A stretch of DNA of 64,000 nt from Blasia pusilla (Eukaryota): NCBI GenBank assembly GCA_050084515.1, contig CM114271.1:9424001-9488000 (forward strand), given 5' to 3'. Positions 35,321-49,090 of the stretch are shown here, piece by piece. The position numbers were made by a program, and so were the translations under genes. The notes beneath the pieces are model-generated. The model was not told where the DNA came from, searched no databases, and saw only the letters and a program-made list of their open reading frames with translations. How positions within the stretch are numbered: position 1 is the first letter of the stretch; every line of letters starts with the position of its first letter.

Positions 35321-35711
35321 TGTGAGAAAACAGAAAGTGATGAAATCACTAAAATCTTTACATAACTTAGAGATTCAAAGTGGCCTAGTCCGTCCGTGCG
35401 CTCATAGAAGAGCTTCGATGGAACCTGAACATGGAGATAACTCGACATACGAGAATGCGCTACCGCTACGGCTCCCGACTATTTCACTACTCGGGAAAAG
35501 CCCCGGACCCCTGCGACGCATCAGGGTGCCCCGTACCCTGATGCAATATAGGGTTAGATAATCCTAGTGCCGCTACTCCGTAAACCACCTACGTCATATT
35601 ACTATGACTCCTTCGACGTCTAAGTCGGAGCCATCAATCTAGGCTTCTCCTCATACAAGGGGGCCGATGAGATTAATGGTGCTCAGAGGAGTGGATGTTG
35701 AGAATCCAACA
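35321..35711 (-). repeat. Copia 5' LTR (~390 bp)
   Basis: Minus strand TGTTGG...CTCACA; MTase exon homology resumes at 35712. Confidence 0.8.
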
Positions 35712-38275
35712 TTGTCAATTTATCGATGGCGGGTGTCGACTTTTGGGAACTCAAAATTTGCAGCTTATCCACAAGAATTGTGCAGTGAATGATGACGCGT
35801 GTCCGGGTCGTTGTTTCTCTATGTCTTCCCAAGGATGATGGAGTGTATTCCACATCCTGGTCTGCTCCCTGAGACAAACCTCGCGCCTCTCGCTTCCGCT
35901 TTTCCCGAGTCTGCGGTCGGCTTGTTGGAGTCTCTATTACCTCGGACTCTGTTGGAGTTTTCTTGGGAGAGGACGTGGTCTGGCCCTCTCTCCCCACTCG
36001 CCCACACGATTCCGCCTCTTGCCTTGAATTCTCAGCCTCTTTTTTGGAAGACTCGACCTCAAAATTCTTTGATCCCCTCGCCTTTGCTTTCAGACCCGCT
36101 GTAGATTTGTCCTTGGCGGTAACGACCTTGGACACCAACTCCGCTGTCTCGAGGGCTTGCTTCTCCACATCTCCTTCGAAAAAGTCTTCAGGATGGATGA
36201 AATTCGGGATGTCGTCCCTACCTGTGGCCACTGCATCATACACCCATCGAAGATTGTTTTTGGTAATGTCCTCGGGGTCGTTGAAGTCCAGCCAGATTGG
36301 GCAATTCTCCACCTCCCAGTCGGACATGCTTTGAGCCATCTCCATGCCGTAACTACCTCTCCATCAGGCAGAGAAGCCCACAATTTGCAGGCTGCTGGTA
36401 TTTTTTGCCAGGTACTTGCATTCTTACAATGGATGAGGTACCTGAACACCATCCGTTGGGCACCTCTTTGTCGGGATGCATCGGCCGCCTGCTCCTGAAG
36501 ATCTCGCTTCTTCTTTGCGAAGTCCCTTTTCTTCGCCTCTATTTCTTCATCTAGGTCTGCCTCAAGGAGGATATGATCCTTGAACATCATCCTCAAGCCT
36601 GGGTTTTTCATGGGCTTGTCCCGGATGTCATCAAGCCAAAGTTTGAAATCTTCAGCACTCTGTAGGTTTGCTTCCTCCAGAACATGCTCTATTTTTTTTA
36701 GCTCTGCTTGGAGACCCACGAGCATGGACCTCTCGAGAAGCCGCAACACATCCCAGAATGACCATTCACAGAGCCAGTGGGAGATCACTTAATCAGAGAC
36801 ACTCGGAGGATGGTGTGCCGCCCTCTTTTGGGCCTCTATGCCCTCGAGACTGATTTTCATCTCACAGATTCTCCTGAATTCCAAAATTCCAGACAAGACA
36901 AATCTATGGACGTGGTCAAGAGATACTTTCTCCCCAATCCAACCCTGCGGATCTTCATCCCTCTTCCGCTCACGCTTGATTATCGCCGTCAGCTCCTTGT
37001 AGAAATCGGTGCCAAGTTTGGGGTTGAGAATGGCGATGTACCACTGTATCTTGCTTGCAGTGTACTTTGTAGCTGTAGATACTGCAGCTTGGATGAACTT
37101 AGCATGCTCAGACGCAGACACATTTTCCCTCTGCTCCAGCTCCAATGAAGCGCTCTTCTTGGCGGCTTGTATCTTCGACCAACAAAGGATTGTCACGACA
37201 ACATCTTTGGAAATAAAGGTATTTGCCCAAGTCTATTTTTTTATTTGAGCCCCCTTCGCCAACATCTCATTTACAAGAGCGTCGCCCAAGAACCCCTTGT
37301 ACTCTGCCGAGTGGATCGTTAGCACTTTCTTCACCCGGTCGCAATCCTGGATCCAGTGGTGGGTGACGTTCCCTTCGGATACAATCCTACACATCCAAAC
37401 ACACTAAAAGAATTTTTGCAAGCTACATGGGTTCCTGCAACTCGTCAAACTCCGACAGGGTGCTACACCTCATGACGGCAAAAATCAAGTTCCCCTATTC
37501 CAATCACCTACCCGTGGCGGCGAATGTAACCCGTCAGAGTCCGACGAGTTGCTTTCGGCCAAAAACATCCTAAAAACAGCGGCCAGTCAAGCAACTCGTG
37601 AGACTCCGACGAGTTGCTTTAAGGCATCCGATGATTTGGTACCACTAGTTAAACAACTCGTCGGAGTCCTACGGTTTGCAGCAATCAAAATAAAGGAAGA
37701 GGAAACTTACATGTTCATGGCATGCTTGGCCATTTCCATCGTCGCCATGTGATGAAGGTATGGATTTAGCACGAGTGCCTTCACGCAAAAATGCGCCTCC
37801 AATGAATTTGAGCGCTCCTCTGCAAATTGGGTCCACGCCATGAACCTGTGGTTTCCATCCCAGATGAAGAAATAGAGGTTCCTCAGCCTATTTTATATTG
37901 ATTGTGTCCCCGGACTTCATCAGGGACTTTCCTGCATCTCCACACTTTCGGTTGGACGGGCCAGGCTTTCTTCAATGGCAATCATTTTTTCCCTTCGAGC
38001 TTTTTCCAATTCTGCTCTCCTCACCAATGCGTCCGCACGCTTCTTTTCACGCTTTTTCTCGACGATCCTTTTCTTCAAGGCCTGCGACGCCTCAGCCTCT
38101 GCGTTCTATTTTTTGAGCGCCTCCAAAACACGTTTTGCAAGAAGCTCCCGCTCCTCGATCTCTTGTTGCTTTATCTCATTGGCCGAACAAGGCCCTAGAG
38201 ATGGTGATGCAAGAGTCCTCATGGAATTGAGAGTGAAGCTCCCAACCTTGCTTGCTTGAGATTTTTTCTCGTCAT
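35712..38275 (-). pseudogene. ParB-MTase gene, exons 1-3 partial (copy C)
   Basis: ORFs 35683-36345, 36090-36788 and 36789-37196; FFIWDGNHRFMAW near 37835-37872; deletion at ~37888. Confidence 0.8.
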
Positions 38276-39485
38276 TGTTCCCGAAATGCCTCCTCCTCAA
38301 AAACGAAGTTACTTTTTGTGCATGATGAGTCGCCTTGATGAGTTGCTCGAATCGTCTCAAGATGAGTCGCTCGAATCGTCTCGCGATGAGTCACTGTGTA
38401 AGGCACCCCTTGGTATCTAGTCAGTTGCTGCACGGAAGAGCAATCGAGATCGTGAAACGAAAAACCAGAAATGAGCAAACCCTCGCCTATTTATACTTTT
38501 CGAGCCGTTGGGCTGAACATTGGGTCACATCGTTGTTGTGACGGCGACGTGTCGGCCGTTATGGAATTCAGGACATGAAAACCACCAACCCGACGGCTTC
38601 GAGGGGTGCACGCTTACCGCAGGTTATAGGCATCCGTCCTCCTCGGGTTAAAAAGCCGAGCCATCCTGGCAACCCGTCGGAGACCGACAAGTTGTACGCC
38701 TCTGCTATCTTTGGGCAAGAACGCGAGGTACTCGCGCAACCCGTCGGAGACCGGAGGGGTTGCACACTTCCCTCGTCTTGGGATACCAAGGCGAGGTATC
38801 CGCGCAACTCGTCGGAGGCCGACGGATTGCACGCTTCCTTCATGTAAGCGTTACAAGGCGAGGCACTTGCGCAACCCGTCGGAGGCCGACGGGTTGCACG
38901 CTTCCCTCATCTTGGGGTAATAGGCGAGGTACCTGGGCAACCCATCAGTTACGGACACGTTGCACACTTTTCTATCCCTCAAGTAACAATGGGACAATGC
39001 ATAGTTCCAAGGAAACCCCTTGCAATCTGACGGGTGACAAGGTCTACCCTGAGTTGGACAATCCCGTAACTGTCCCCAACAATTGGTTGCCTTAGCAAAT
39101 GCAAACGATGTCTCATGTTTGATGCTAGCAAAATCGACTCAAAAGACCATTGGTCGGCAAGAAGGGGGTACCAACCCAACGGACTCCGACGGGTTCCAAC
39201 TTGCATTGGGACACAGAAACAAACAACGGAACTGGGTGCTTCGCAACCCACGTCTCTGATTCCAAAATTCTGCAACCTATTGGACTCTGACAGGTTGCAA
39301 CAAAATTGAATCCATCATGTCAGACAATCTCACCTACCAAACTTCATCTTGTCAGTCAAATTTTGTCAGGAGAATCTTAGTCCCTATTCCCTCTAAATTA
39401 AACATTCTCATTCTCATTCTCATACCCATTCCCATTCTTATCCTCATTCTTATTCTCAGTCTCCTCCTAGTGGAATCTTCTGGGA

Positions 39486-42400
39486 ATGGATAATTATGTG
39501 AATCTCACTTGTGGCAGTCATCTAGCGGCCCTTCCTCAATCAGAAATCGTTCGACCGCAAGCTCGTGAGTCTTTCATACCAGATGATGAAAATTTTCTCT
39601 CAATTCGATTTCTTCTCCAAATTGGAATCATGTTTATGTCCAAGGATGTTAGGGTGGACGGTACGGAGGACATAATAGTTGAGACAATCCATCCAGTGAT
39701 TGCAGACCGTAAAGTATGGAATCTCCTACCTCTAGCAAATGGTCAATACAGAGTTTACGGATTGCCTCTGAATTCCTCAATTTCCCAAGTAGACGGTCGA
39801 GAATTTCCTAGTGCACCAAGCTCTACATTTGCAACTCCTAGCTTAGTAGATCCGGCATTGACTCCAACTTACACGTTCATAACAATGTTGTTCTTCCTGA
39901 AGACATTCCGGATGTCGTCAACCTCAGTGGATCTGTCCGCCTACTCGTTCCTCTTGCAAGTATCAGGCAATAGTTTGCTATCGTCTCTCGCCTTGAAAAT
40001 GTTGAAGCACATTTTTGTCAACGAGCTGCCGCCCACGTACGATGGTAATTGCATTTTTTAGTTGCCTCCACTTGCTGCTTCTGCTCAAAAGAAAGATGGA
40101 GGACACTTGAAGGGTATGGACAGAAAGTCTGATTGTCATCGATGGTGTAGGCTTCAACGGACTAGTGCTTCAATTCTAGATGATCCTTGGATTGTCTCCT
40201 GCCGCCAATGCGTTGGAGCCTTGGAGTGTAGAAGTCCAGCATGCCCATATCTAGAGCGCAACGGGTGGGTCAATACGTCGCAATTCCCCCCCAAGAATGC
40301 AAAAACTCCATATGAGGTCGGTGCCACCATACCGCCGGGAGGCCATCGATGTCCTCATTGTCAGGCATCCCCTTTATGCCTTGGAGCATGTTCTGCATAC
40401 ATATTTTTCATTTTCCACGACTAGGGTTTGATGTCCGAGTACACAAGGCCGGCAGTTCATGTTGGCTCCCACACTAATCCTGTGACCGATGCAATTCAGA
40501 GACACATCAAGGAGGATGTGGCAAAGAAAATGGTCGAGGTCTACAGAAACTCCATATGAGGTCGGTGACCGGGTTCAAAGCCCAGAGTGATCAAGTTAAC
40601 AACAATATCACAAATTTGTGAACAATTCCTTGGAATCCCTGGACAAGGCGAGATCACGGTTGTTGAGGAGAAACAACTCTGGGAGAATCTCGCATTTCTC
40701 GCTGATCTTGAATGCTTCCGGAATTTGCTACGTCAAATACGGGTACTGGATGGAAAGACTGCCGAAATGGATGAAATTGCCAGAATCAAGGCCAACTCAC
40801 TCTACTCCAAGGCTGCAAGGATAGCAAAACCTTGAAACATGCCATGGAATGCCAAGAAGAACTTCATGGGTGATGGAGGAAGCATGCGATTGAGGGGAAG
40901 TACAAAGAGTTATGCTCTTGGCATAGTTGGTGGACTGTACGAATGAGACAATGGGGAAACTTCATGCGGCAGGTGAGTTCAATTTTTTGTCTTATCGAGC
41001 TCACGCTGAGAATTGTTTGAAAAGTTGCAGCTCAAGTTGAGAAGCGTGGGCACTATAGGATTTCAAACCAAAGAAACCAAGCAACTTGTCGGATGCGATA
41101 GGTTGCCCTAGTGTGCAACCCGTTGGAAATGGACGGGTTGCCTCAATGTGCAACCAGTCGGAACCCAACGGGTTGGAAGTCGCATGGCCAAATTTACTTG
41201 CAACCCGTCGGAATCAGACGGGTTGCCTAAGAGTGCAACCAGTCGGAAAAGTCAGAAATCGACGGGTTGCATCAAGAATGTTGGTGCAACCCATATACAA
41301 GTATGCAAGTTGCATGTATACAAGGCGTGCAAATAGTTTGATCCGGATGGGTTTTGGATGACTTGCACTTGGATCTTCCTGCCCAGAGTGGCCAAAGGTT
41401 CTTGCAACCCGTCGGAATTGGACGGGTTGCAGTAGGTGGTTCCTGGGTGTTGCAACACGTCGGGACCCGACGAGTCGCAAAGTCATTTATGGGATGCCTT
41501 TGACTTGCAACCCGTCTCATTCCGACATGAAGCTTTTTTCTCATACGTTGGAGCTATTTTGGTTCCCTTCTCACATTGCCGTCGTTGCAGGGATTGAACA
41601 TTCATGAAAATTCCTTCTGCCCCAACATAAGTGGAGCAGAAAGTGTTCATTCCTCCTAGAGGTCGTCACAAGCATGCCAAAAAATTTCACTTGTGGAGGC
41701 ATGCCAAACAATACCAGGCAAGAGCAATCCTACAATGTGCAGCATCCCATATCTTCCTCACAAAAGGCATAACAAAAGGAAGGGGGCCTTTGATCTACGA
41801 GCTCTATGTGAGGGCGGTTGTGAGATCGGGTGATGAGAAACTATATGTGTGAAAGCCTTCAATTGGTGCGTAGCACGAACTCCCCTCGAGCAAGATGTAC
41901 ATATTGGTAGGGATATTTGTGGGTGCGTTTCAAGACGTCCCATACAGATGGTGGTAGAGCAGTCCGAGCGACATTCGTGGAGACCAGATAAGTATCTTGA
42001 CTTCAGGCAGGTGAAGAGGCAGCATCGAAGAACGAGCCTGGTGATTGATTTGGATGAGGAAATCATGCCGCCCAGCTATTTGGAGACCCCAGATTGCTCC
42101 CAAATCTGTGATGCATTAACTTCTCCAAAATCAGTGAATGTTTTATTTCAAAAGCCTTCCGTTGCTGGAAGTTCGCAACATATGGTTGCTTGGGTGGTTC
42201 ATCAGTATGGGATTCCGGTCATTGAGGTGGATTGCAACCTCAAACGGTGGCATATATCTCAGAGCAACCCTAGACGTGGACCTACTTGCAAGGCAGGATT
42301 TGATGGCATTAGGAGAGCATGCGGCACTTTCCTAAATAAGAACTATACAAGGACTGGACGACCACTCCCTGGATTTTTGGGACCTCAAAACCTTTGATCT

Positions 42401-43097
42401 TTTCACGAGGACCGAGGATCAATTGAAGTTCTTCTTCTGCCCAAATGAATCCTACGCTTTCCAAAAGTCTTATCCGGCTCCCATTGGAGCTTCAAGGAAT
42501 ACACCCACGATTTGGCCCATTGCGGCAGGTACGAATTGCACTCAAGACAAAGTGGACAATCTTACAAGTGCCGATTTCATACTTGTAGATAGAGGAATTT
42601 TGGAGCATGTTCGCATTACAGAGACCTTCGCATTTCGTATTCAACCCAAGATTGATGTGAATATGTATCCAGAGAAGGTGGATGATCTCAATCCACTATT
42701 TCTGTTTGAGTCTAGAAATGGGGTGAAGAGAAACATAATGTGTAGGCCAACGGTGGAGAGAGCAAAGCGAATTGCATCAGCTCGGGAGGCAAAATTGGAG
42801 ATCATCGCCATGAAAGATGTCCAGAGTGGCAATGGAATAGGAAGGATGTATTGGTTGAGGAACAACACTGTAAATTCAAGTGTCACAGGGGTGTATGTGG
42901 TGCACATCTGTTGCTTTCCCACATGTTCATGTGATGACTTTGTCCAAAGAGAAACAAGTGGGAAAAGGTATTTCCCTTGTAAGCACATGTACTATGTGTT
43001 GCTTGTATTTTTAAGAGAGTCAGAGGTAGGAGTAGGAATCCACCAACCAATTTTGTCCCTCAAAGAAGTGCGAAGTATTTTAAACAAACCACTTTGA
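39486..43097 (+). pseudogene. Mutator-like transposase, copy C (~0.5-kb deletion of the catalytic core at ~40798)
   Basis: GCM-like region in ORF 40062-40424; intron ~40973-41590; intact SWIM CSCDDF...CKHM in ORF 42423-43097. Confidence 0.82.
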
Positions 43098-43511
43098 GGA
43101 TGCAAAATGAGGTTTTAGATTGAACTTTCAGTTTTCCAAAACCTTCGCTTTGAGCTTGAACTCTATTTAGCCCATGGAAAATGATAGATTTTTTCCAGAC
43201 CTTGGATGGAAAAAGTGATTGGTCCCACAATTATGATTCCAATGGATTTTTCAGTTTTCTAAATTTTGTGCAATTTGCAACTCGTCGGACTCAGATGGGT
43301 TGCCAAAATGTGGAAGAGGAAAAAAAAGCTATGGGAGTGCTTAAGAACTGAGCAAAAAAGTGCAAAAAAGTGACACAAAAAGTTTCCTCTCTTCAACCCA
43401 ATGGAAAATCTCTTCAAATCTCAGGAAACTCTCTTCAAAAAAAGTATCTCTTTGGGTTAAAGGTAGTTTCCTCTCTCCTCTCTTCCTCTCTTCCTCTCCT
43501 CTTACCGCACC

Positions 43512-45427
43512 TCTTCAAACTGCCAACGTCTTCTGCTTTTACCTCAGAGACAAATACAGTTTTGAGTCCCTTATCCACATGGTCATAAACACGAGCACCC
43601 ATGGTGAACCATCCATTCAGCACTCTGTAGCAAATATCAAAGCTTACCCAACTCCCGTAGAGATCTTCCCCTTCCCTCATTCGATCTATAAGATCGAGGC
43701 CACTCCACGGCTCTGTACTTGAGATTTTGAAGACATAAGCCCTGAATCCTTTGCCTCCCTGTCCATGAACTACCATCTCTAAATAAATGGAAATCTATAA
43801 TTGACCTTGATTCTAGCAATGGCATCCATTTTGGCCATCTTTCCATCAAGTACCCGTATTTGACGTAGCAAGTTCCGGAAGCATTCGGGATCAGTGAGAA
43901 ATGCAAGATTTTCCCAGAGTTGTTTCTCCTCAGCAGCTGTGATCTCGCCGTGCCCAGGGATTCCAGGCAGTCGTTCACAAATTTGTGATGTTTTTGTTAA
44001 CTTGATCACTCTGGGCTTTGATCCCGGAAAGAGTTTCTATATACCTCGGCCATTTTCTTTGCCACATCCTCCTTGATGTGTCTCTGAATTACATCGATAA
44101 CAGGATGAATGTGGGAGCCAACATGAACTTCCAACCTGGTGTACTCTGACGTAGAACTGACGTCATGCACAATGAAAAATATGTATGCATGACATGCTCC
44201 AACGTAGAAAGAAGATGTATGACAGTGAGGACATCGATGGTCTCCTAGCGGTATGGTCGCACCGACCTCATATGGAGTTTCTGCAATCTTTGGGGGAAAA
44301 TTGCGACATATAAACTCGCCCGTTGCACTCTAGATACGGGCAGCATGGACTTCTACACTCTAGGGCTCCAACGCATTGGCGGCGAGAAACAATCCAAGGA
44401 CCATATGGTGTCGATGTCCTCACTGTCATACATCCTCTTCCTAGTCGTTCCTCTTGCGAGTATCGAGCAATAGTTTGTTGTCGTCTCTGCCCTTTAAAAT
44501 GTTCAAGCACATTCTTATCAATAAGTTGTTGCCCACGTACGATGGTAATTGCATTTTTGAGTTGCCTCCACTTGCTGGTCCTGCTCAAAAGAAAGATGGA
44601 GGACGCTTGAAGGGTATGGACAGAAAGTCTGATTGTCATCGATGGTGCAGGCTTGGACCATATGTAAGAGGATGTATGATAGTGAGGACATCGATACCAT
44701 ATGGTCCTACTTTCAATGGACCGTACTAGTCCGTTGAAGCCTGCACCATCGATGACAATCAGACTTTTTGTCCACACCCTTCAAGCATCCTCCATCTTTC
44801 TTTTGAGCAGGACCAGCAAGTGGAGGCAACTCAAAAATGCAATTACCATCGTACGTGGGCAGCAGCTTATTGACAAGAATGTGCTTGAACATTTTAAAGG
44901 GTAGAGACTACAACAAACTATTGCTCGATACTCGCAAGAGGAACGACTAGGCAGAGATAGGGCCCGGTTGGTGTCCGACAGATCCACTCAAGTTGATGAC
45001 ATCCGGAATGTCTTCAAGAATTACAACATTGTTACGAACGTGTGAAGTTGGAGTTGATGTCGGATCTACTGAGATGGGAGTGGCAAACGTAGAGCTCGCT
45101 GCACTAGGAAATTCCAGACCCTCTACTTGGGAAACACAAGAATTCAGAGGTAAGCCATAAACTCTTTTGACCATTCTTGAGAGGTAGGAGATTCCACACT
45201 TTACAATCTGTTATCACTGACTGGACTATCTCACCTACAATGTCCTCCGTATCGTCCACCCTAACATCCTTGGAAACAAAGATTGTTCCAATTTGGAGAA
45301 GAAATCGCAGTGAGAGGAAATTTTCCTTCACTGGTATGTAAGACTCATGAGCTTAAGGTCGAATTATTTTTTATTGAGGAAGGGCCGCTAGATGACTGCC
45401 ACAAGTGAGTTTCACATAATTATCCAT
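43512..45427 (-). pseudogene. Transposase 5' half with an internal inverted duplication (copy D)
   Basis: MDNYVKLTCGSHL...WVSFDICYRVLNGW...DVGSLK; cut at the copy C end. Confidence 0.8.
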
Positions 45428-46707
45428 TCCCAAATGATTCCATCGGGTGGAGAATGAGAATAAGAATGAGAATGAGAATGTTTAATTTATAGTGAACAGT
45501 GACCACTATTCTCTTGATAAAATTTGACTGACAAGATGTTGTTTGGTAGGTGAGATTGTCTGACGCAATAGATTGAATCCTGTTGCAACCTATTGGAGTC
45601 CGACAAGTTGCAAATTTTGGGACCTGGACACGTGGTTGCAAAGCCACGGAGTGCCATTGTCTGTTAGAGTCCGAATGCAACTTACAACCCGTCAGAGTCC
45701 GTTGGGTTGAACGCGGTTGTCACTTGGTATCCCCTGCATGTGTGACCTGTCTGATTCTGTTGGAGTCAGGATCCAGGGGACCTCGCATGGATTTCCTACG
45801 ACAACCCGTTGGACTACGACGGGTTGAAAAGGTACCTCACCTCGCTTTCCCTTTTGGAGATAACCGAGTTGCGGGTGGATCTCGCGTCGATTTCCCTTGT
45901 CCAGTAAACCGTGCAAACCATGAGGGACAGACGAGTTTTTTAGAGACCGTGCCTTAGTTTCGCCGTATGGTGGGAACTGTTCAACCCATGGTAGACCTTG
46001 TAACCCGTCGGAGATTGACGGGTTGCTTGGGGACCATGCTTTGTCAACCCGGATGAGGAAAGCAGGCAACTCGTCGGTCTCCGACGGGTTGCCCGGGTAC
46101 CTGGCCTTGTAACCCCAAGATGAGGTAAGCGTGCAACCCGTCGGTCTGCGACGGGTTTCCCGGGTACCTCGCCTTGTTACCCCAAGTTGAGGGAAGCGTG
46201 CAACCCGTCGGTCTTTGAAGGGTTGCATGTCTGACGAGGGGGACAAGTTGCACGTTTCCCACGTGCAAAGTTCCATAACGGCCCACATTGTCATCGGTAC
46301 AGTAATTCTAACGTCCCAACGGTCAGCTCAACGGCTCAAAAAGTATTAAAGACATAGATTTCACTCATTTCCCTTTTTTATTTCATGATTTCAGGTGCTC
46401 TTCCTCCCAGTTGTTGAGGTTAGCTTCTCTTATGGCCAAGCCGGTTACATTTTGACCCCTTTGTTGGAAGGTAACAAAAATCCAACTTCCGACGCTTTGA
46501 GGGTCCGATTTCGGCAAGCCTCTCTGCTTGAAGGTGACAACGCTTTACCACACAATGCTTGGAGAGTTGGTTTTAGGCACTCCATCAAAGCTTCTAGGGA
46601 TCTGTTGTGCACAAGAGCAGCTAACATTATCGAGGAGGAAGAATTGACCCAACGTGCACGATGACGAGGAAGAAAACACAAGCAACAAAGGTAGGGAGCA
46701 TCACTCC

Positions 46708-47935
46708 TGTGATACCCATAATTTTTTACTCTTGAAGAATATATCTTTTTATTCAACGAAGACTCTTGTATATTATGATTTTGATTATGATTATTTATTA
46801 TTATGAAGAAGAATAAGTGAACCATGAAGCTCCTGGGACAAGGCAGAGAGATGGAAGATCAAGGATTTGCCTTAGAGGAGAGGAAAACGCAATAACGAAG
46901 TATCAAGACTCAGAACGAAGCTTAACGAAGCCTAACGAAGATATACGAAGCTTTGTCTACAAAGTGCTTCGCTACATAACGAAGCATCACGAAGAAATGA
47001 AGAACGAGGTACTTCGCTCTTTAACGAAGCGGGAAACACTTAGTACGAAGCACAGGAAATAAGAACGAAGCATGGAGTACTTCGTCCTCTTGAAGTCCAA
47101 CGAAGCGAAGCTAAGAAGGATTGTGATTTCAAGAGACACATGTTAAAAAAGTTAGACTAGGAAAGGGCGCAACCCTTTGTATCAAATTGGTAGTTAGAAC
47201 AATTTTGTACTGCGGATTCACGGGGATCATAGGAAGAGCTAAGAGAACCATAGATCTAGGTAGTTAGAAACAATGAAGAGACACTAGCTTCATCAAGAAC
47301 GTTTCGGATCTTTGGATCACTTCCACTCCAGCGAATATTTAAGAAGCAAAGCAGAAGTTATTATCATCATTCTCTTACGAAGTCCTTATATTGTAGGAAT
47401 GGTCCGAGCAAGAGAGTAGTACCCTCTCGAGCTTGTATACACTTTGAAGCTTTCTCGTTCTTGATAGAGTAGTAAAGCAGTCATTCATTCATTCTGATGT
47501 GCGATGCTTATGTCTGAGTATTCTTTTTGGATCTGCAAAATGAGGAGTGAATCAGGAGAACCTTTATCATCAGTGAAATAATCAACATGAGTTGTAGGAA
47601 ATCTGTTTGACAAAGAGTAACCTGCCGAGACGGATTGAGTTCCGAAAGTAGGAGAAGCCAGCTTCTGTGTTGAGATCTCTGTGAGGTTTCTTGATGTCGA
47701 GAGGAAAATCTACCTGAACATGTTGTCAATTCCACTAGAGAGAACCGAGAAAAGATCCTTTGGTACTAAGAAATATCAGAAGATATTGATAAGACATTGA
47801 ATATAACTCACACACATTTAAATACAATTATTACAACAGAATTGTAATTCCGAACTCTCTTTTCATCAAGCAATGATCCTCTTGGGGATCGAACTTACTA
47901 AATCGACTATCAAATAGAAACACTTGTACATTACA
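46708..47935 (+). repeat. Solo LTR, family 3
   Basis: TGTGATACCC...TACATTACA; 5-bp target-site duplication ACTCC at 46703-46707 and 47936-47940. Confidence 0.92.
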
Positions 47936-49090
47936 ACTCCCAAGTCCATCAGGACTCCTGCGTCTCCATCTTCTGGTCCTCGCTCGGCGAATGAGATAAG
48001 GCAACCAGAAATAGAGGAGCGGGAAAGGGAAGCAGATATGCACAGGCAAGAGTTTCTGGAAAAACTTTCTGGAGGAGGTCGCAAAGCAAAACTCTGAGGC
48101 TTAGGCATCGAAGGCCTTGAAGGAAAGATTTTTGGACAAGAAACGCGAGAAGAAGTGTCTTGATACCTCCATCAGGAGAGCAGAATTTTCGAAAGCTCGA
48201 AGAGAAAAAACAATCACCATTGAAGAAAGCCTTTCCTATCCAACACATAGTGTTGAGATGCACGAAATGTCTCCGATGAGGTATGGGGACACCATGAATT
48301 TAAAATCGATTGAGGAAAGTGCCCAAGTTCAAGTGACTGATGACAAGGTCATGAGGAGAGCAAGTGTGGAGATGGTGGACATATCTGAAGAAGCAGGAGA
48401 AGAGTCTTCGTCGTTATTGAGCCCGGTGGAAGAAATCGACCTTTATCAAATCGATGAGTTTCCCATGGACTTGCCAACTCCTATCTCAGAGCAGCTAGAG
48501 GGCCTGGACACCGACCCAATCTTTGAGCGGGTAAGAAGAATTCGGGTTATGTGAAAGCTCATTATATAATACATTGGCAAAACACATGCGCTTATTGATT
48601 TTGTCCCCATTGTGGCAAGTTGTTAAGTAAATGGCAATGATGGAGGGCCAAAAGTCCCCAAGAATTCCACTATGTCAACTGTGGACAATGGAGTACATTC
48701 ACAAAATTCAGTTGGAGGAGGACATTGCAAAGCTGAAACATCGGCAGAAACGACATCCTACGTCGACGGCTTCCCTCCGTTCTATGTTCAGCCTTACGAT
48801 GAACATGGAACCCAAGCTCTGGTGACGGAAGAGGACCTGGAGGCGTTGGACACATTCTAGAGGATGAGGGATCAAGAGTTCAAAAGAGCGATTGAAGGAA
48901 CCCAATTTAGCTGGATGCGGAACCTCCACTTCTTCATCTGGGATGGGAACCACAAGAACATGGCGTGGATGCAATTTGCAGAGGAGCACCCAAATTCATT
49001 GGAGGAGCATTTTCGCGTGAGGGCAGTCGTGCGCCATCCATTTCCTCATCACATGGCAACGGTGGAAATGGCAATGCATACGATGAATAC

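Larger units (their letters stand above)
30196..35711 (-). mobile_element. Ty1/Copia LTR retrotransposon, inserted in MTase exon 3 of copy C and cut within RNase H at the copy B end
   Basis: LTR, PBS and gag-PR-INT-RT-RH order. Confidence 0.93.
35712..43511 (+). mobile_element. MULE-like ParB-MTase DNA transposon, copy C (left part missing, transposase-side end present)
   Basis: MTase gene on -, promoter array 38480-39300, transposase on +, end ...ctcctcttaccgcacc. Confidence 0.85.
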
